Positions 11,840 to 26,297 are shown, counted from the first letter of the stretch. The stretch is DNA of 64,000 nt from Negaprion brevirostris (GCA_030324005.1 JARDVH010000110.1:69196341-69260340), one strand, 5' to 3'. Translations and numbers: made by a program. The notes: generated by a model not told the origin, from the letters alone.

Positions 11840-13720
11840 TAAGGATCACGAAAGTCATTATGTGCGGATCCACAAGAGATGAGTGAGGTCCTAAGTGAAT
11901 ATTTCTTATCAATATTTACTGTTGAGAAAAGCATGGATGCTAGGGAACTTGGAGAAATAAATAGTGATGTCTTGAGGAGTGTACATATTACAGAGAAGGA
12001 GGTGCTGGAAGTCTTAAAGCNNNNNNNNNNNNNNNNNNNNNNNNNNNNNNNNNNNNNNNNNNNNNNNNNNNNNNNNNNNNNNNNNNNNNNNNNNNNNNNN
12101 NNNNNNNNNNNNNNNNNNNNCAGAGAAGGAGGTGCTGGAAGTCTTAAAGCGCATCATGGTGGATAAGTCCCCGGGACGTAATGAAGTGTGTATCCCAGGA
12201 CATTGTGAGAGGCTAGGGAGAAATTTGCGGGTCTCCTAGCTGAGATATTTGAATCATCGATAGTCACAGGTATGATGTCTGAAGATTGGAGGGTGGTAAA
12301 TGTCGTGCCTTTGTTTAAAAAGGGCTGCAGGGAAAAGCCTGGGAACTGCGGGCCAGTGAGCCTCACATCTGTGTTGGGTATATTGTGGGAAGGCATTTTG
12401 AGAGACAAGATCGACAGGCATTTAGAGATGTAAGCACTGATTAGGGACATGACTTTGTAAGTGGAAAGTAATGCCTCGCAAATTTGATTCTATTTTTTGA
12501 AGGGATAACCAAGAAGAGAGATGAGGGCAGTGCAGTTGATGTTGTCGACATGGACTTTAGCAAGGCCTTTGACAAGTTATCACGTGATAGGTTGTTGCAT
12601 AAGGTTAAATCACACAGGATCCAGGGTGAGGCAGCGAAATGGATACAGTGTTGGTTTGATGTCAGAAGCCAGTGGGTGGTTGTAGTGGGCTGTTTTTCAA
12701 ACTGGAGCCTGTGACCAGCTGTGTGCCTCAGGGATCAGTGCTGGGTCCACTGCTATTTGTCATTTATATTAATGATTTGGATGAGAATATAGGAGGCATG
12801 GTTAATAGGTTTGCAAGTGACAGAAAGATTGGTGGACAGTGAAGAAAGTTATCTCGGATTGCAACGGGATCTTGATCAATTGGCCAGTGGGCTGACAAAT
12901 GGCAGATGGAGTTTAATTTAGACACATCTGAGGTGAATCATTTTCATACATTGAACCAGGGAGGACTTACTCAGTTAATGGTAGGGCGTTGGGGAGAGTT
13001 ACAGAGCAAAAGGATCGAAGAGTACATGTTCATAACTCCTTGAAAGTGGAGTCACCGGTGGACAGAATGGTAAAAAAAGGCATTCAGCTTGCTTGGATTC
13101 ATTGGTCATAACATTGAATACGGGAGTTGGGACGTCTTGTTGAAGTCGTACAAGACAGTGGTAAGGCCACTTGGAATACTGTGTGCAATTCTGGTCACCC
13201 TACTATAGAAGGGATATTATTAAACTAGAAAGAGTGCAGAAAACATTTAATAAGATGCTACCAGGACTTGATGGTTTGAGTTATAAGGGGTGGCTGGATC
13301 GACTGGGACATTTTTCTTTGGAGCGTAGAATGCAGAGGGATGAACTTATGGAGGTCTATAAAATATTGAGGGGCATGGATCAGCTAGATAGTCAATAACT
13401 TTTCCCAAAGGTAAGGGGGTCTAAAACTAGAGGGCATAGGTTTAAGGTGGAGAAGGGAGAGATACAAAAGAATCCAGAGGGGCAATGTTTCCACACAGAG
13501 GGTAGTGAGTGCCTGAAACAAGCTGCCAAAAGTAGTAGTAGAGGCAGGTACAAATTTGTCTTTTAGAAAGCATTTGGACAGTTACATGGGAAAAATGGAT
13601 ATAGAAGGATGTGGGCCAAATGCAGGCAATTGGGATTCGCTTCGGGGTTTAAAAAAAGGGCGGCATGGACAAGTTGGACAGAAAGGCCTGTTTCCATGCT
13701 GTGGCCTCTATAACTATGAA
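11840..13720 (+). mobile_element. CR1-like LINE, ORF2 reverse transcriptase remnant with 3' end
   Basis: DWRVVNVVPLFKKG..PGNCGPVSLTS; DVVDMDFSKAFDK; [20 protein letters not shown]; EYCVQFWSPYYRRDIIKLERVQK. Multiple stops. Confidence 0.92.
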
Positions 13721-15034
13721 TAATTTCAAGACAGATGCCATTAGATTTCTCAATATTAAACATATCAAGGCACATGAGGTAGTGTGGAAAAAGGCCGTGG
13801 TTCAGATCGGCCAGGCTCAAGGAGCCAAATAGTCTATTCCTGCCCTTATGCCCTTTGTTCCTAGATCAGGGCTCATTGCACATTGTATCAACTCATTGTT
13901 CACTTACATTTATTGCAATCAAATAAAAGGAAACTGTCCAGTCAGAGGCTGCTTAGTGGCCAGATTTCGATGAGACATCACCTGGATTGCTGATCCATAT
14001 TTGTTCAATAACACATAACCAACACATTGTTGACACGTGCTACATTGAAGAATGCTATTTTGTTTTGGTTAGTCTGAATTCACTTTGATGAAGGCATGCC
14101 AACATCAAAGGCAGGTGCGTGGGCTTGTATGGTCACGTGAGATGCCTAGACCGAGGGTCAGGCAAAGAAGGAACAGTGTTGCAGCCCTATTCTGAAGGAA
14201 TGAATTTTCTTTCTGGTAACTGGGGCTCCAAGTTTCAGATCCAGCTCAATGTTAATAAATGGAGAATAATTATAGTAGATGCAAAACCAACAGAAAGGAG
14301 AGTGTCCTAACTGAAACTGTGAAACAATGTGCTGGTCAGGATAAAATCTCGGTATAAAAGCTACATAAGTCTGAAAACAGATGATTGTGTTTAGCATCGA
14401 AAGCATCAGGGAAACCACGTGGGTTTCGCATTCAGATACTTATGGTAGATGGAGAACTATGTTTCATTATTGCTTAGTTTTTTTCTAAAATTCGTACTTG
14501 AGATGTTAGAATCACAGGCAACGCCAGTAATAATTGGCCATCCCTCATTGCTCTTGAGAAGATGCTGGTGGTTCTAGCTTTATGTCATATATAATTGTGG
14601 GTATCTGGATATGAAGCATACTATTACCTTTAAAACAGTAGAGACATTAAAAGATTTTGAACATCGGGAGTTTTATAAGGAAAGGAAATGCATTTGAGCT
14701 TGTTACTTTTAAGATTTAAATATTTTGAGACGACCTAATAGTTTGTGGAAGAACTTGACAAATATTGTTAAGTATGGCAATAATTTCAAAGGATTAGTCA
14801 TTTAATTTTGTCATTAAGCAAGCCTGACAGACAAATGATAAAGGACTGTTTGGGTATTGTAGGGATGGACAGAAATAAACTCTAATCAGTGCAGAAAAAT
14901 GAGTATGAAAGATATGTTGGAGAGGTGGCAGATGTCATAGTATATTAGGATGAACAATGTTATTATTCTGAGTAGCAAATTATTGTTCCTAAACTTTAGG
15001 ACTTGGGATCAAATTGACATTCCAGTTAAACAAT

Positions 15035-16612
15035 CCAGTGTTGTATCAAATACCCGCATGTTAGATATAAGACAGCAACCTGTACAGTAAAGCCCAAAAT
15101 ACTCCCATATTAGATATAAAAAAGCGACCTATACAATAAAGCATCAAATACTCACAAGTTATGCATATCACAGCTATCTGCATAGGAAAAGATCAAATGC
15201 TGTCATGTTAGGTATAACCTGTGTGTCAAAATATTAGATGCTCTCATGTTTGTTGTAGCACAGATATTTGTACACCAAAGCATCAGATAATTGCATATTA
15301 TGTATAACACAGCTATCTGTAAAGCCAAACATCAAGTACTCTCATGTTAGGTGTATCACAGCTACCTGTACAGTAAAACATGAGATACTCTCAGGTGAGG
15401 TATTAAAACAGCTACCTGTATAGTAAAAGAGCAAATACTCTCATGTTAAGCATAATATAGCCATATGTAGGGTAAAGCATAAGAGGTTGGGTATAACAAC
15501 TCGCCGTATAGGAGAACATCAAATACTCTCATGTCAGGTATATCAGACATGTTTGCTATTGCGTAACAGTTATCTGCATAGTAAAAGAGTAGGTGTTCTC
15601 ATGTTAGGTATAACACAGCTATCTGTATAATAAAATAGCAAATACTATTACTTTAGGTCTAGTTCAGCTATCTGCACAGTAAAACAGAAAGTACTTTTAT
15701 GTTAGATAAACATGAGTATAACATAACTCAGCGCAGTGGTACAGTGGTTAGCACTGCTACCTCACAGCGCTAGGGACCTTGATTCAATTCCCGGCTTAGG
15801 TTACTGAATGTGCGAAGCCTGCACGTTCTCCCCACGCCTGAGTTTCCTCCTGGTTCTCCGGCTTTGTCTGTCCAAAAGATATGCATTGGCCGTGCAAAGT
15901 TCTCCTTCAGTGTACCCAAGCAGGCACCGGAGTGTGATGACTTGGCGATTTTCACAGTAACTTCACTGCGGTCTTAATGCAAGCCTATTTGTGAGACTAA
16001 CAAATAAACTTAACAATCTTTAAAACTTTATAATTCCATGTACAGTAAAACAACAAAGAATCCAATGTTAGCAATAACGTAATTGCTTGTACAGAAAAAA
16101 ATCAATTACTTTCATGTTAGGGATAGAACAGCAATGTGTACAGTAAAGCATCCGATTCTTGCAAGCAAGGTATTACATAGTTACCTGCACAGTAAAAGAG
16201 TAAATGCTCTCTTTTCATGTGTGACATGAAAACTGTTTTACTACTTGTGTGGTAAAACATCTGATAATCGCACCTGAGGCTGAACACAGCTTCCTGTATA
16301 GTAACGCATCAAATGCTCTCATGTCAGATGAACAATCGTGAAATATATTGGGAAGAGAAGTAATTTGTATTCATGTGAAGAGAAAATGCGAAGTCTGAAA
16401 TGACTGCAGCCGAAAATGCAGCCCATTTATTCATGCTGTATTAAGATTTAGCTGAAGTGTTCTTGTCATCAGAAAGTACATTCCAGTCAAATTTCACTTT
16501 ATTTCAAATAAGTTTGTTTAAAATAGCATGAAACATCAAAAACTCCTCTGTTAGATATAACACAGCTACCTGTACAGTAAAGCAACAAGTACTCTAATGT
16601 TAGGTATAACAC
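15035..16612. repeat. Degenerate 49-bp tandem repeat array, interrupted by a SINE and other sequence
   Basis: Consensus ~CAGCTACCTGTACAGTAAAACATCAAATACTCTCATGTTAGGTATAACA; units start at 15073, 15122 and 15171. Blocks at ~15035-15720, ~16035-16330 and ~16540-16612. Confidence 0.88.
15728..16012 (+). mobile_element. tRNA-derived SINE inserted in the 49-bp array
   Basis: HE1-like head GTGGTACAGTGGTTAGCACTGCTACCTCACAGCGCTAGGGACC..TTCAATTCC; tail GATTTTCACAGTAACTTCA..AATAAAC. Confidence 0.85.
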
Positions 16613-16822
16613 AGAAATGAAAATAGAAGATGATGGATCAACTCAGCAGCTCTGGCAGTATTTGTGGAGAGAGAAACGCAGTTAACAGAAATGTAGAAGG
16701 GCCGTATGGATTCGAAACATCAACAATATTTCTCTCTTGACAGATCCTATCGGACTAGCTATTTATCCAACATTTTTTTTATTTCAAATTTCCAGCATCT
16801 GTAGTTTTTTTTTTGTTTTATA
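16613..16822. mobile_element. Penelope-derived hairpin (inverted-repeat) element
   Basis: ACTCAGCAGCTCTGGCAG..TGTGGAGAGAGAAAC arm with a degenerate inverse arm. Confidence 0.7.
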
Positions 16823-17557
16823 TGAGGAATAATGCAGCCACCTGTAGAGCGTGATTACAGCTAAGCAAAAGAACCAGAGGAGGAATGAGTAGTTTTTTTT
16901 TAATGCAGTTTACTGTTTGACCTGAAATACAAAACAAGGGTGCCTTTCAAAAGGGTGTTGAATGTGTCGGAAAAATTAATCATTTGCTAGGCTATTGGGA
17001 CAAAGCAAAGGAGTGAGACAAATAGGATTGCGCTTTCAAACAGGCAGCAGAAGTAGGAAAGATTACATAATATCCTTTAGTACGGTACGATGCTATAGGT
17101 TTCTCTGTCCAGAGCAGTTTCACTAGTGCACCTATTCAGAATTCCCTTCTCTCTGCATGAATGTTCTCTATGTTGTTCCCAAAAGGCCATATGGTATCAA
17201 TGTGGAGAGGACTCGGATCTTTGATTCAAAGTTTACAAGTAGTCCCAATCCAGTGATGTGTTCTTTCTCTTCAGAAAATCATACGTCATTAGCATCACTG
17301 GCTGTCGTGAAGCCACAAGTCACAAAACATTAGATAAGGCCAATTAAATGTACCTAAAGGTCGATGACTTCTGAGAGTTTGGGATTTAGCAAAGTGCCCT
17401 CTGTGTTTCAGGCATGGAATATAAATTTCATTTTTTGTTATTTCTGCTTTGGTCCCTAAGTAACGTGAGATTTCATATCTATCCATTGTATCCACAACTA
17501 TAAACAGCTCTACACAATGAAAAAAAGGTCAAAGCATTCAACAAGTCTGTTTATTTT

Positions 17558-17740
17558 TGGTTGTGCAACAGAAATTGGAAATAATAACGCTTTAACTGGA
17601 CATCCTAGCTTTAAGAAATTAACACTATTTTGATTGGCTGAATTTGAGTCCGCCAATCAGAAATAAATAAGTGCCTGGTGATCCTGACTGCCGTTTTCCT
17701 TCCCATCCACCATCACACACGACTCGAAACAATGCGAAAT
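17558..17740 (+). promoter_or_regulatory. Conserved promoter module of V3
   Basis: TTGTGCAAC; GCTTTAAG 17608; ATTGG 17633; CCAATCAGAA 17653 (short spacer); GATCCTGACTGCC; CCATCCACCATCAC. Confidence 0.85.
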
Positions 17741-17974
17741 TGGAGCGCCAGCTCCGGAGCGTTACAGCAGATTTTCGCAGATGCATCAATTGGGGTTTTT
17801 AGAAACAAAATGGACACCTTTCTGAAACCATTTAGAGGATTTCTAAACAATGAAGATATTTTTTCTGCTTTGCAACCTTTTCAGCAAAGATATTAGACCG
17901 TCACAATTGCAATCTGGGGAAAAGCTGAACGCCACGGAGCCGAGCTGAAACAATTGGAATGTTTAACGCTGGCG

Positions 17975-20416
17975 ATGAGATGTTATAACATATTTTGTAT
18001 TTTAAAATGGAAACTGCTATCTTGCCTGCTTATCTCCTGGGATCTAGTTTCAGGAGAAATTCGTTATTCGATTCCTGAAGAACTGCAACTCGGCGCGTTT
18101 ATTGGGAATATTGCAGAGGATTTGGGATTAAATGCTGAACTGCTTTCGGCTCGGAATTTTCGACTTGTGTCGGATCCAAGAAAGGGGCATTTTGAAGTCA
18201 ATTTAGAAAATGGGATCCTATTTCTAAAGGAAAAGATTGACAGGGAACAACTCTGCGGCTCCAGCCTCACTTGTGTTTTGGCTTTGGAGGCCGTGCTTGA
18301 TAATCCTCTGAATCTCTACCAGATCGAAGTGGAGATTCTGGATATAAATGATAACTCTCCCAGTTTTCCAAAGGATCAGATCCGCCTTGAAATCTCCGAA
18401 CTAGCAGCGCCAGGAACGCGATTCGCCCTCCAGTGCGCGCATGATCCTGATGTCGGAAGCAATTCCGTACAGACCTACCAACTGGTTACAAATGAATACT
18501 TCTTGCTCAGCGTTGAGGCGGGTATTGGAGATGGCAAGTTACCCGTGCTGGTGCTGGAGAAGCCGCTGGACCGAGAGAAGCAATCAAGCCACAGGTTACT
18601 GCTATTGGCCAAAGACGGCGGGGTACCCCAAAGGTCCGGCACTGCTCAGATCAACATCATCGTTGAAGACGCCAATGACAACGCGCCGCTTTTCCCTCAG
18701 CCGGTTTACAGGATCAACCTGCCTGAGAATGTGGCCAAAGGAACTTTGGTACTGCGGGTAAATGCTACTGATTTGGATGCTGGCTCTAATGGGGAGATTG
18801 TGTACTCATTCAGTAGCCATACAGCGGCCAAGGTCCGTGAGCTGTTTGGTTTGGATTCCAAAACAGGTGAAATAAAAACTAAAGCGAATTTGGACTATGA
18901 GGATACGAGTGTTTTTGAGATTATTATAGAAGCAAAGGACAGGGGGCTTAATGCCAACCCAACGTACTGTAACGTTTTACTGAACATTGTTGATGTCAAT
19001 GATAATGCGCCCGAGGTGAAACTGACTTCTCTATCCAGCCCAGTTCCTGAAGACTCTCTGCCTGGGACTGTGGTCGCTCTGATCAGTGCGTCAGACAGAG
19101 ATTCCGGTGAAAATGGGCAGTTGCAATGTCTAATTGGAAATAATCTTCCTTTCGCGCTGGATTCGTCCTCGAAGAAGCATTTGCGATTGCTCACGCAGGG
19201 CCCGCTGGACCGGGAATATATCCCCACCTACGACGTGACGATCAGCTGCAGTGATGGAGGAACCCGGCCTCTCACCACCAACAAAACCATCCTGGTTGAA
19301 GTTTCAGACAAAAATGACAACGCGCCGCAATTTGCGCAACCGTTGCTAACAGCGTACGTGATGGAGAACAATAATATCGGTGCGTCCATTTTCTCAGTGA
19401 CAGCCTTTGATCCAGACATAGATGAGAACGGACGACTTTCCTACTCTATCTGGGACAGCCAAGGTGAATCAGTAAGCAAATATATCTACATTAATGCAGA
19501 GAGTGGCGTTATATATTCCTATAGATCTTTTGATTATGAACAATTAAAAGAAATTCGCTTTCAAGTTCAAGCGCATGATTCTGGAGCCCCACCACTCGCT
19601 GGCAATGTTTCTGTACACATTATTATCCTCGACCAGAATGATAATGCCCCAGTGATTGTGCATCCGATACTGGAGCACGGAGCAACAGTGACAGACACTG
19701 TGTCCCGATTCGCAGAACCGGGCTCTCTGGTGGCGAAGGTGACGGCCACTGATGCGGACTCTGGACAAAATGCTCGCCTGTCCTATCAGATCCTCCGTGC
19801 CACTGATTTCGGACTCTTTACAATATCACTAGAAACCGGCGAAATATGGACAAGCCGCAGCATTACTAAGGCTGACGCGACCAAGCAGAGGCTGGTCATT
19901 CTTGTAAATGATAATGGGACACCAGCACTTTCTGCTACAATGACCATTGCCTTGTCGGTGGCAGAGCGAGATGCAGCAATGCTCAACGACCCAAGCAGTT
20001 TGTCTGATAACCCTGACTTTACTTCCAATACAAGCCTCTACTTAGTCATATCGTTAGGAATCACCTCATCCATTCTTCTGGTGGTTTTAATTATTCTAGC
20101 TGTTAAAGTTCATGAAAGCAGGAATACTTTTCGTGGCCACCACTGTATTTTGGGGCCATGCTGTTGTTTTGAATCAAGGTATTCACGCAACGGAATTCAG
20201 AAAGCCAGCCGGAATCTTCAGATACCTCCCAACTATGTGGAAGTGTTTGGAGGCGATCCACTTTCCCAAAGTTTCCGCTACGAGACCTGTTCACTAAAGA
20301 GGGACCTCCAGTTTGTCAACACATGCAGTTCGCAAAAGAACAAAGCCAGGAGTGAAATAGTTGAAAACGAGGGGAAAGCATCGTTCTCACATTGTGAGAA
20401 TGCTATACTTAATGAG
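17975..20416 (+). CDS. Clustered protocadherin variable exon V3
   Basis: ATG at 17975 (MRCYNIFCILKWK). 814 codons with complete EC1-6/TM/VCD. Donor GAG|GTGAG at 20416. Confidence 0.96.
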
Positions 20417-20719
20417 GTGAGGCGCCAGAGTGAAAAAGCAATCGAACTTAACTGAACAAATGCAGGTGGAACTCAGAACACCAGTTTCACTATTTACATG
20501 CAATTTCTTATGGCTAGTAACAAACCAGACCAGACGGGGTAACAAATCGATGTTTTAACGTTTGTTTACAGTTTCCAATTGCTGTAGCTGTCACTAACAC
20601 TATACTGAACCAACCCCACCTTCACCCCCATCTTCGTCCCCTCCATTACAGCACACAGTGGGTCATTAACTAGTGGGTGTTTCACTGTTGCAGCTAAAAT
20701 AGCTGCTCATGAAATTGCA

Positions 20720-22520
20720 AAAAAAAGGAGTAGACCATTCGGCCCATCGATTATGCTTCGCCAATCATGGTTGATTTGATTTTTGCCTTAATGCCACTTT
20801 TCCTATCTGTCCCCCATAATGATCGACTCCGTTGCTAACCAGCAATCAGAATACCTACAGTGACTCAGCCTCCAATGTTCTTTCCAGATTTCCTAACATT
20901 GGCGAGCCTCTGAGAAAATAAATTCATTTTCGTCTCTACCTTGAACGGGAGACCCTTTATCTTTAAACTATGCTTCCTAGTTCTAGATTTCTCTACACAA
21001 GGAACCATCCTCTCAGAATCCATCCTATCAACCCAAGCAAAATCAATTTCAATGAGATCACCGTTCATTCTTCTAAATTCCCATGAGCATAGATCCAATC
21101 TGCTCGAATTTTCTTCATAAGACAACCCTTCATCCCACTTGTAAGGCTAATTTATACGGCTAAATATGAAATATTGTCTTTGGCTCAGTAATTGTGCTTA
21201 ACTTCATCATAGAAACTAGAAGCAGGAGTGGGCCATTTGGCCTTCAAGCCTGCTCCCCCATTCATCATGATCATAGCTGATCATCAAATTCAATATTCTG
21301 ATCCCCCATCCCTCCATATCCTTTATTCCCTTCAGCCCCAGGAGCTGTATCTAATTTCTTCTTGAAATCAGACGAAGTTTTAGTGAATTCCATACATTTA
21401 CCACCCTCTGGGCGAAGAAGTTTCTCCTCACCTCAGTTCTAATAGATTTTTCCTTTACCTTGGGGCTGTGCCCCCTAGTCCTACTGTCCTTTTTGAGCGG
21501 GAAGAGCCTTTCCACCTCTATCCTATCCATCCCATTCATCATCTTATATGTCTCAATGAGATCTCCCCTCNNNNNNNNNNNNNNNNNNNNNNNNNNNNNN
21601 NNNNNNNNNNNNNNNNNNNNNNNNNNNNNNNNNNNNNNNNNNNNNNNNNNNNNNNNNNNNNNNNNNNNNNNNNNNNNNNNNNNNNNNNNNNNNNNNNNNN
21701 NNNNNNNNNNNNNNNNNNNNNNNNNNNNNNNNNNNNNNNNNNNNNNNNNNNNNNNNNNNNNNNNNNNNNNNNNNNNNNNNNNNNNNNNNNNNNNNNNNNN
21801 NNNNNNNNNNNNNNNNNNNNNNNNNNNNNNNNNNNNNNNNNNNNNNNNNNNNNNNNNNNNNNNNNNNNNNNNNNNNNNNNNNNNNNNNNNNNNNNNNNNN
21901 NNNNNNNNNNNNNNNNNNNNNNNNNNNNNNNNNNNNNNNNNNNNNNNNNNNNNNNNNNNNNNNNNNNNNNNNNNNNNNNNNNNNNNNNNNNNNNNNNNNN
22001 NNNNNNNNNNNNNNNNNNNNNNNNNNNNNNNNNNNNNNNNNNNNNNNNNNNNNNNNNNNNNNNNNNNNNNNNNNNNNNNNNNNNNNNNNNNNNNNNNNNN
22101 NNNNNNNNNNNNNNNNNNNNNNNNNNNNNNNNNNNNNNNNNNNNNNNNNNNNNNNNNNNNNNNNNNNNNNNNNNNNNNNNNNNNNNNNNNNNNNNNNNNN
22201 NNNNNNNNNNNNNNNNNNNNNNNNNNNNNNNNNNNNNNNNNNNNNNNNNNNNNNNNNNNNNNNNNNNNNNNNNNNNNNNNNNNNNNNNNNNNNNNNNNNN
22301 NNNNNNNNNNNNNNNNNNNNNNNNNNNNNNNNNNNNNNNNNNNNNNNNNNNNNNNNNNNNNNNNNNNNNNNNNNNNNNNNNNNNNNNNNNNNNNNNNNNN
22401 NNNCTCCTATATTCTCATCCAAATCATTAATATAAATGACAAAAAACAGTGGATCCAGCACTGATCCCTGAGGCACACCGCTGGCCACAAGCCTCCAGTT
22501 TGAAAAGCAACCTCTACAAC
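20720..22520 (-). mobile_element. Two CR1-like LINE fragments in tandem (N-gap 21571-22403)
   Basis: Minus-strand [24 protein letters not shown]; SRTRGHS..RTEVRRNFFAQRVVNVWNSL; SRTRKHSLKIKG. Confidence 0.85.
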
Positions 22521-23094
22521 CATTGAGAGCATTCTGAATCTACCCTGTCTAATCCTGTCACAATTTTATAAGTTTATATGGGGTCCCTTCTCACTCTTCT
22601 ACACTCCAGTGAATCCTAACCGACTTAGTCTGTCCTTGTATGATAGACCTGCCATGCCATGAATTCATTATTTTATATTTTTTCAGCAGTGAAACCAGGA
22701 CCCATAATTGAATGAGTATTACTGTTCAAATAACCCATTTCTACTAGATAGGGGAGGGCGGGGCTGGGGGCAGGGAAGGGGCTGTTTACTGTGGAAATGT
22801 GTTATGTTTTGGAGAAAGAGTTTATTAAATTTCATACTTCTTATTTTTTTTCAGCAGTTAGCCACAATGTGTCCAAGTGGATTAGATATCTTTAATGGAG
22901 AAATGAATTAACAACCTGAGCACTGTGCTGAATCAAACGTTCGTCTTGTCAATGAAGCATTTTGTGAAGTGTATCGTTCGATCAGGTTCTGTTATCCTGC
23001 CAATTAAGTGTCAGATCCATCCAAAGTATCATTATTGGTGTACCTGAGTTAAAGCAGCTCCGAAATAGTGAAGGGAACGGTTAGTTAGATTTTA

Positions 23095-23290
23095 CATTGC
23101 ACAACAATAAATGTAAATATCGCGCAAAAGGTTTAGAAGGACAGTCCAGCTTTAAGACATGCTCAGTATGGTGATTGGTTGAATGTGAGACAGCCTTTTT
23201 CACCAATGAAAAGCTGTAATGTGACTAGAGATCCTTACTGCCCTACCCTCCCCTTCCGCCACTCGATACGAACAGATAGTGGAACGTTGG
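23095..23290 (+). promoter_or_regulatory. Conserved promoter module of V4
   Basis: TTGCACAAC; GCTTTAAG 23149; ATTGG 23174; CCAAT 23203; GATCCTTACTGCCC. Confidence 0.85.
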
Positions 23291-23518
23291 GTAGAGCTGT
23301 TTCTTGTTACATCAGGTTTTCTGCATTAATCCACTGGTGATTTTGGATGAAATACGAAGGTTTGTCAGAAATTATTTCGCAGGTTTTTCTTTGAAGTACG
23401 TTTGTTGATCGTGCAAGCTGCCTGTTTCGCCAAACTGGAAACATAATTGAATTTTTAGCGAGGAATTATTCAACGGCGCGGCGCTGTGCTCAACCTCTTG
23501 AAATGCTTTGTGCTGGAA

Positions 23519-25960
23519 ATGGAATATTATAACATATATTGCTTATTGAAATGGCAACTTTTATGTTGTATCATCTCTTCCTGGGAACTAGTTTCTGGAC
23601 AGATACGTTATGCGATTTCGGAGGAACGGAATCTGGGCGCCTTTGTTGGGAATATCGCAGAGGATTTAGGTTTGGGTCAAAAGGAACTCTCAGCTCGCGG
23701 CTTTCAGATTGTGCCCGGTCCCAGCAAGCAATATCTGGACGTAACTGCAGACGATGGGACTCTGTTTGTAAAGGAGAAAATAGACAGAGAGCGGCTCTGT
23801 GGGCAGAGCCACACTTGCACATTGTCCTTGGAAGCCGTGATTGAAAAGCCCCTGAACGTGTACCACTTCCAAGTAGAGATTCTGGATGTAAATGACAATG
23901 CCCCGAGGTTCCCAGAGAGCCAGTTCCGTCTGGAAATCTCAGAGGTGGCCGCCCCGGGAACGCGCTTTGTCCTGGAGTCCGCGCACGACCCGGACGTTGG
24001 GACCAACTCCGTACAAAGCTACCAGCTGGCAGCCAACGACTATTTCAGCCTGGATGTGGAGACGCGCGGTGGCGACGGCAAGTTACCGGTTTTGGTCTTG
24101 GAAAAGGCCCTGGACAGGGAACAGGAAACTACACACAGGTTAGTGTTAACTGCTAAGGACGGAGGGATTCCTGAGAGATCAGGGAATGCTGAGATAATGA
24201 TCACAGTGGAAGATGCCAACGACAACGCACCTGTTTTTTCCCAGTCTGTCTATAGGGTCAATCTGCCAGAGAATGTGCCTAAAGGAACATTGGTGATCAA
24301 ACTAGATGCCTCTGATTTGGATGTTGGTCTCAATGGGGAGGTAGTTTATTTTTTTAGCAGTGGCACTTCGAATAGAGTCCGTGAACTTTTTGGGCTGGAT
24401 CCAAAAACAGGTGAAATCAAAATTAAGAAGAATTTGGACTATGAAGAAAACAGTGTTTTTGAGATTAATGTACACGCGAAGGACAAGGGTCCTTACGCAA
24501 CCCTTGTGTACTGTCATGTGGTGGTCAATGTCATTGATGTGAATGATAACGCGCCGGAGGTGACCCTAACATCTTTGTTCAGTCCTGTCAGTGAAGACTC
24601 TCTCCCCGGGACGGTGCTGGCTCTGATTAGTTCAACAGACAAAGACTCGGGAGAAAACGGACACGTACAATGTCAAAGCCCAAACGAACTTCCTTTCAAA
24701 CTGGATTCTTCCGTAAATAACTATTACAGATTAGTTACCCGGGAGGCACTAGATCGCGAGCGTGTATCAAATTACAGTGTAACTATCGTGTGCAGTGATG
24801 CAGGAATCCCTACGCTCACATCCAACAAATCCATCCTGGTGGAGATTTCCGACATTAATGACAACCCACCTCACTTTACTCAGCCTTCCTATACCGCTCA
24901 TGTGATGGAGAACAATGTTATTGGTGCCTCCCTATTCTCGGTGACTGCTTTCGACCCGGATTTAAATCAGAACGCTCGGCTCTCCTATTTTATCTCGGAG
25001 ACTCTGATTCAGGGCCAGTCAGCCTCCGCTTATGTCTCTATCAACTCGGAGAACGGTGTCATCTCTTCTCAGAGAACTTTCGACTATGAAGATCTCAAAA
25101 GTTTTCAAATCCAGGTTCAGGCACGGGACTCTGGCGCCCCGCCACTTTCTGCTAACGCCTCAGTGGACATCATTATCCTTGATCAAAATGACAACGCCCC
25201 GGTGATCCTGCAGCCCCCACCCGAGTTCGGCTCCACGGTACTAGAGACAGTATCCCGATTGGCAGAACCAGGCTACCTCTTGGCCAAAGTTTCTGCCACC
25301 GATGGTGATAGTGGTCAGAATGCCCACCTTACTTACCAGATTCTGCAAGCTACAGACGCTAGCCTCTTCACCATTTCACCAGATACTGGGGAAATCTGGA
25401 CAATCCGCAACATTATGAATAAAGATGTTACTAAGCAAAGATTGGTAATCGGGGTTAAAGATAACGGGTCACCGGCACTGACATCCACAGTAACATTCAT
25501 CTTGTCTGTGACAGGAGGGGATGTACAAATGCTCTCCGATGTGACTAGTGAAGGTCCTGGGTTAGTTCCTGATGCCAGTTTTTACCTGGTGATAACTTTA
25601 GGCGCCATCTCGTTAATTTTCCTGGTGATTTTGATTATCCTGGCTGTTAAGGTCCACAACACTTCTTCTCTGCACACATGTGGCTGTTTCGCAAGAAATT
25701 CGCGGCGTGGGATTCAAAGAGGCGGCAGAAGTCTTCAGATTCCACCGAACTATGTTGAAGTGTTTGGGGGTGATCCGCTTTCTCAGAGTTTCCGCTATGA
25801 TACGTACTCAACTTCACGTTCCACCAAGAGAGGTTTCCCATCATCCAATAGGTGCGGTATGTCGACACAGAAGAACAGCGCCCCAAGTGGTACTGTGGGG
25901 AATGGCGATACCCCACGTACACCAAACACTATGCAGTACAGAGATTCTCTGAATAATGAG
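23519..25960 (+). CDS. Clustered protocadherin variable exon V4
   Basis: ATG at 23519 (MEYYNIYCLLKWQ). 814 codons with complete domain set. Donor GAG|GTGAG at 25960. Confidence 0.96.
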
Positions 25961-26297
25961 GTGAGATTCTTATTCGAGGGTGAAGAGAACAACACCTCCT
26001 GGGTTTGATTTGGAAATATAAATATCCACTGGAAAACAAGTCGATCATGGAGATCAGATTATACCCAAGAGGGAATCTTCCCAACCTGCTTTGCTATCTG
26101 AGTTCCCAGTCGCTAATCATGGACTCACTCCTGTGCTAATCAATAAGTTGCCCCTCGGTGCGTTCATATGGTTTTACTATCATGTTAATTGTGTCTTTTT
26201 GAGGAGGTTATCATTATGTACCACCCACAGACCCAGCGCTCCTCCTGCAACAGATTGTCATCTATACTTTAAAAAAACGGAAAGAAACGAAAGATTG

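Noticed and set aside
11991-12150. Perfect 30-bp direct repeat around 100 Ns
   Set aside because: Unmerged contig overlap inside a LINE; an assembly artefact.
11879-13398. Reverse-transcriptase ORFs as an active element or domesticated gene
   Set aside because: Fragmented by stops and frameshifts and 5'-truncated; an ordinary dead CR1 copy.
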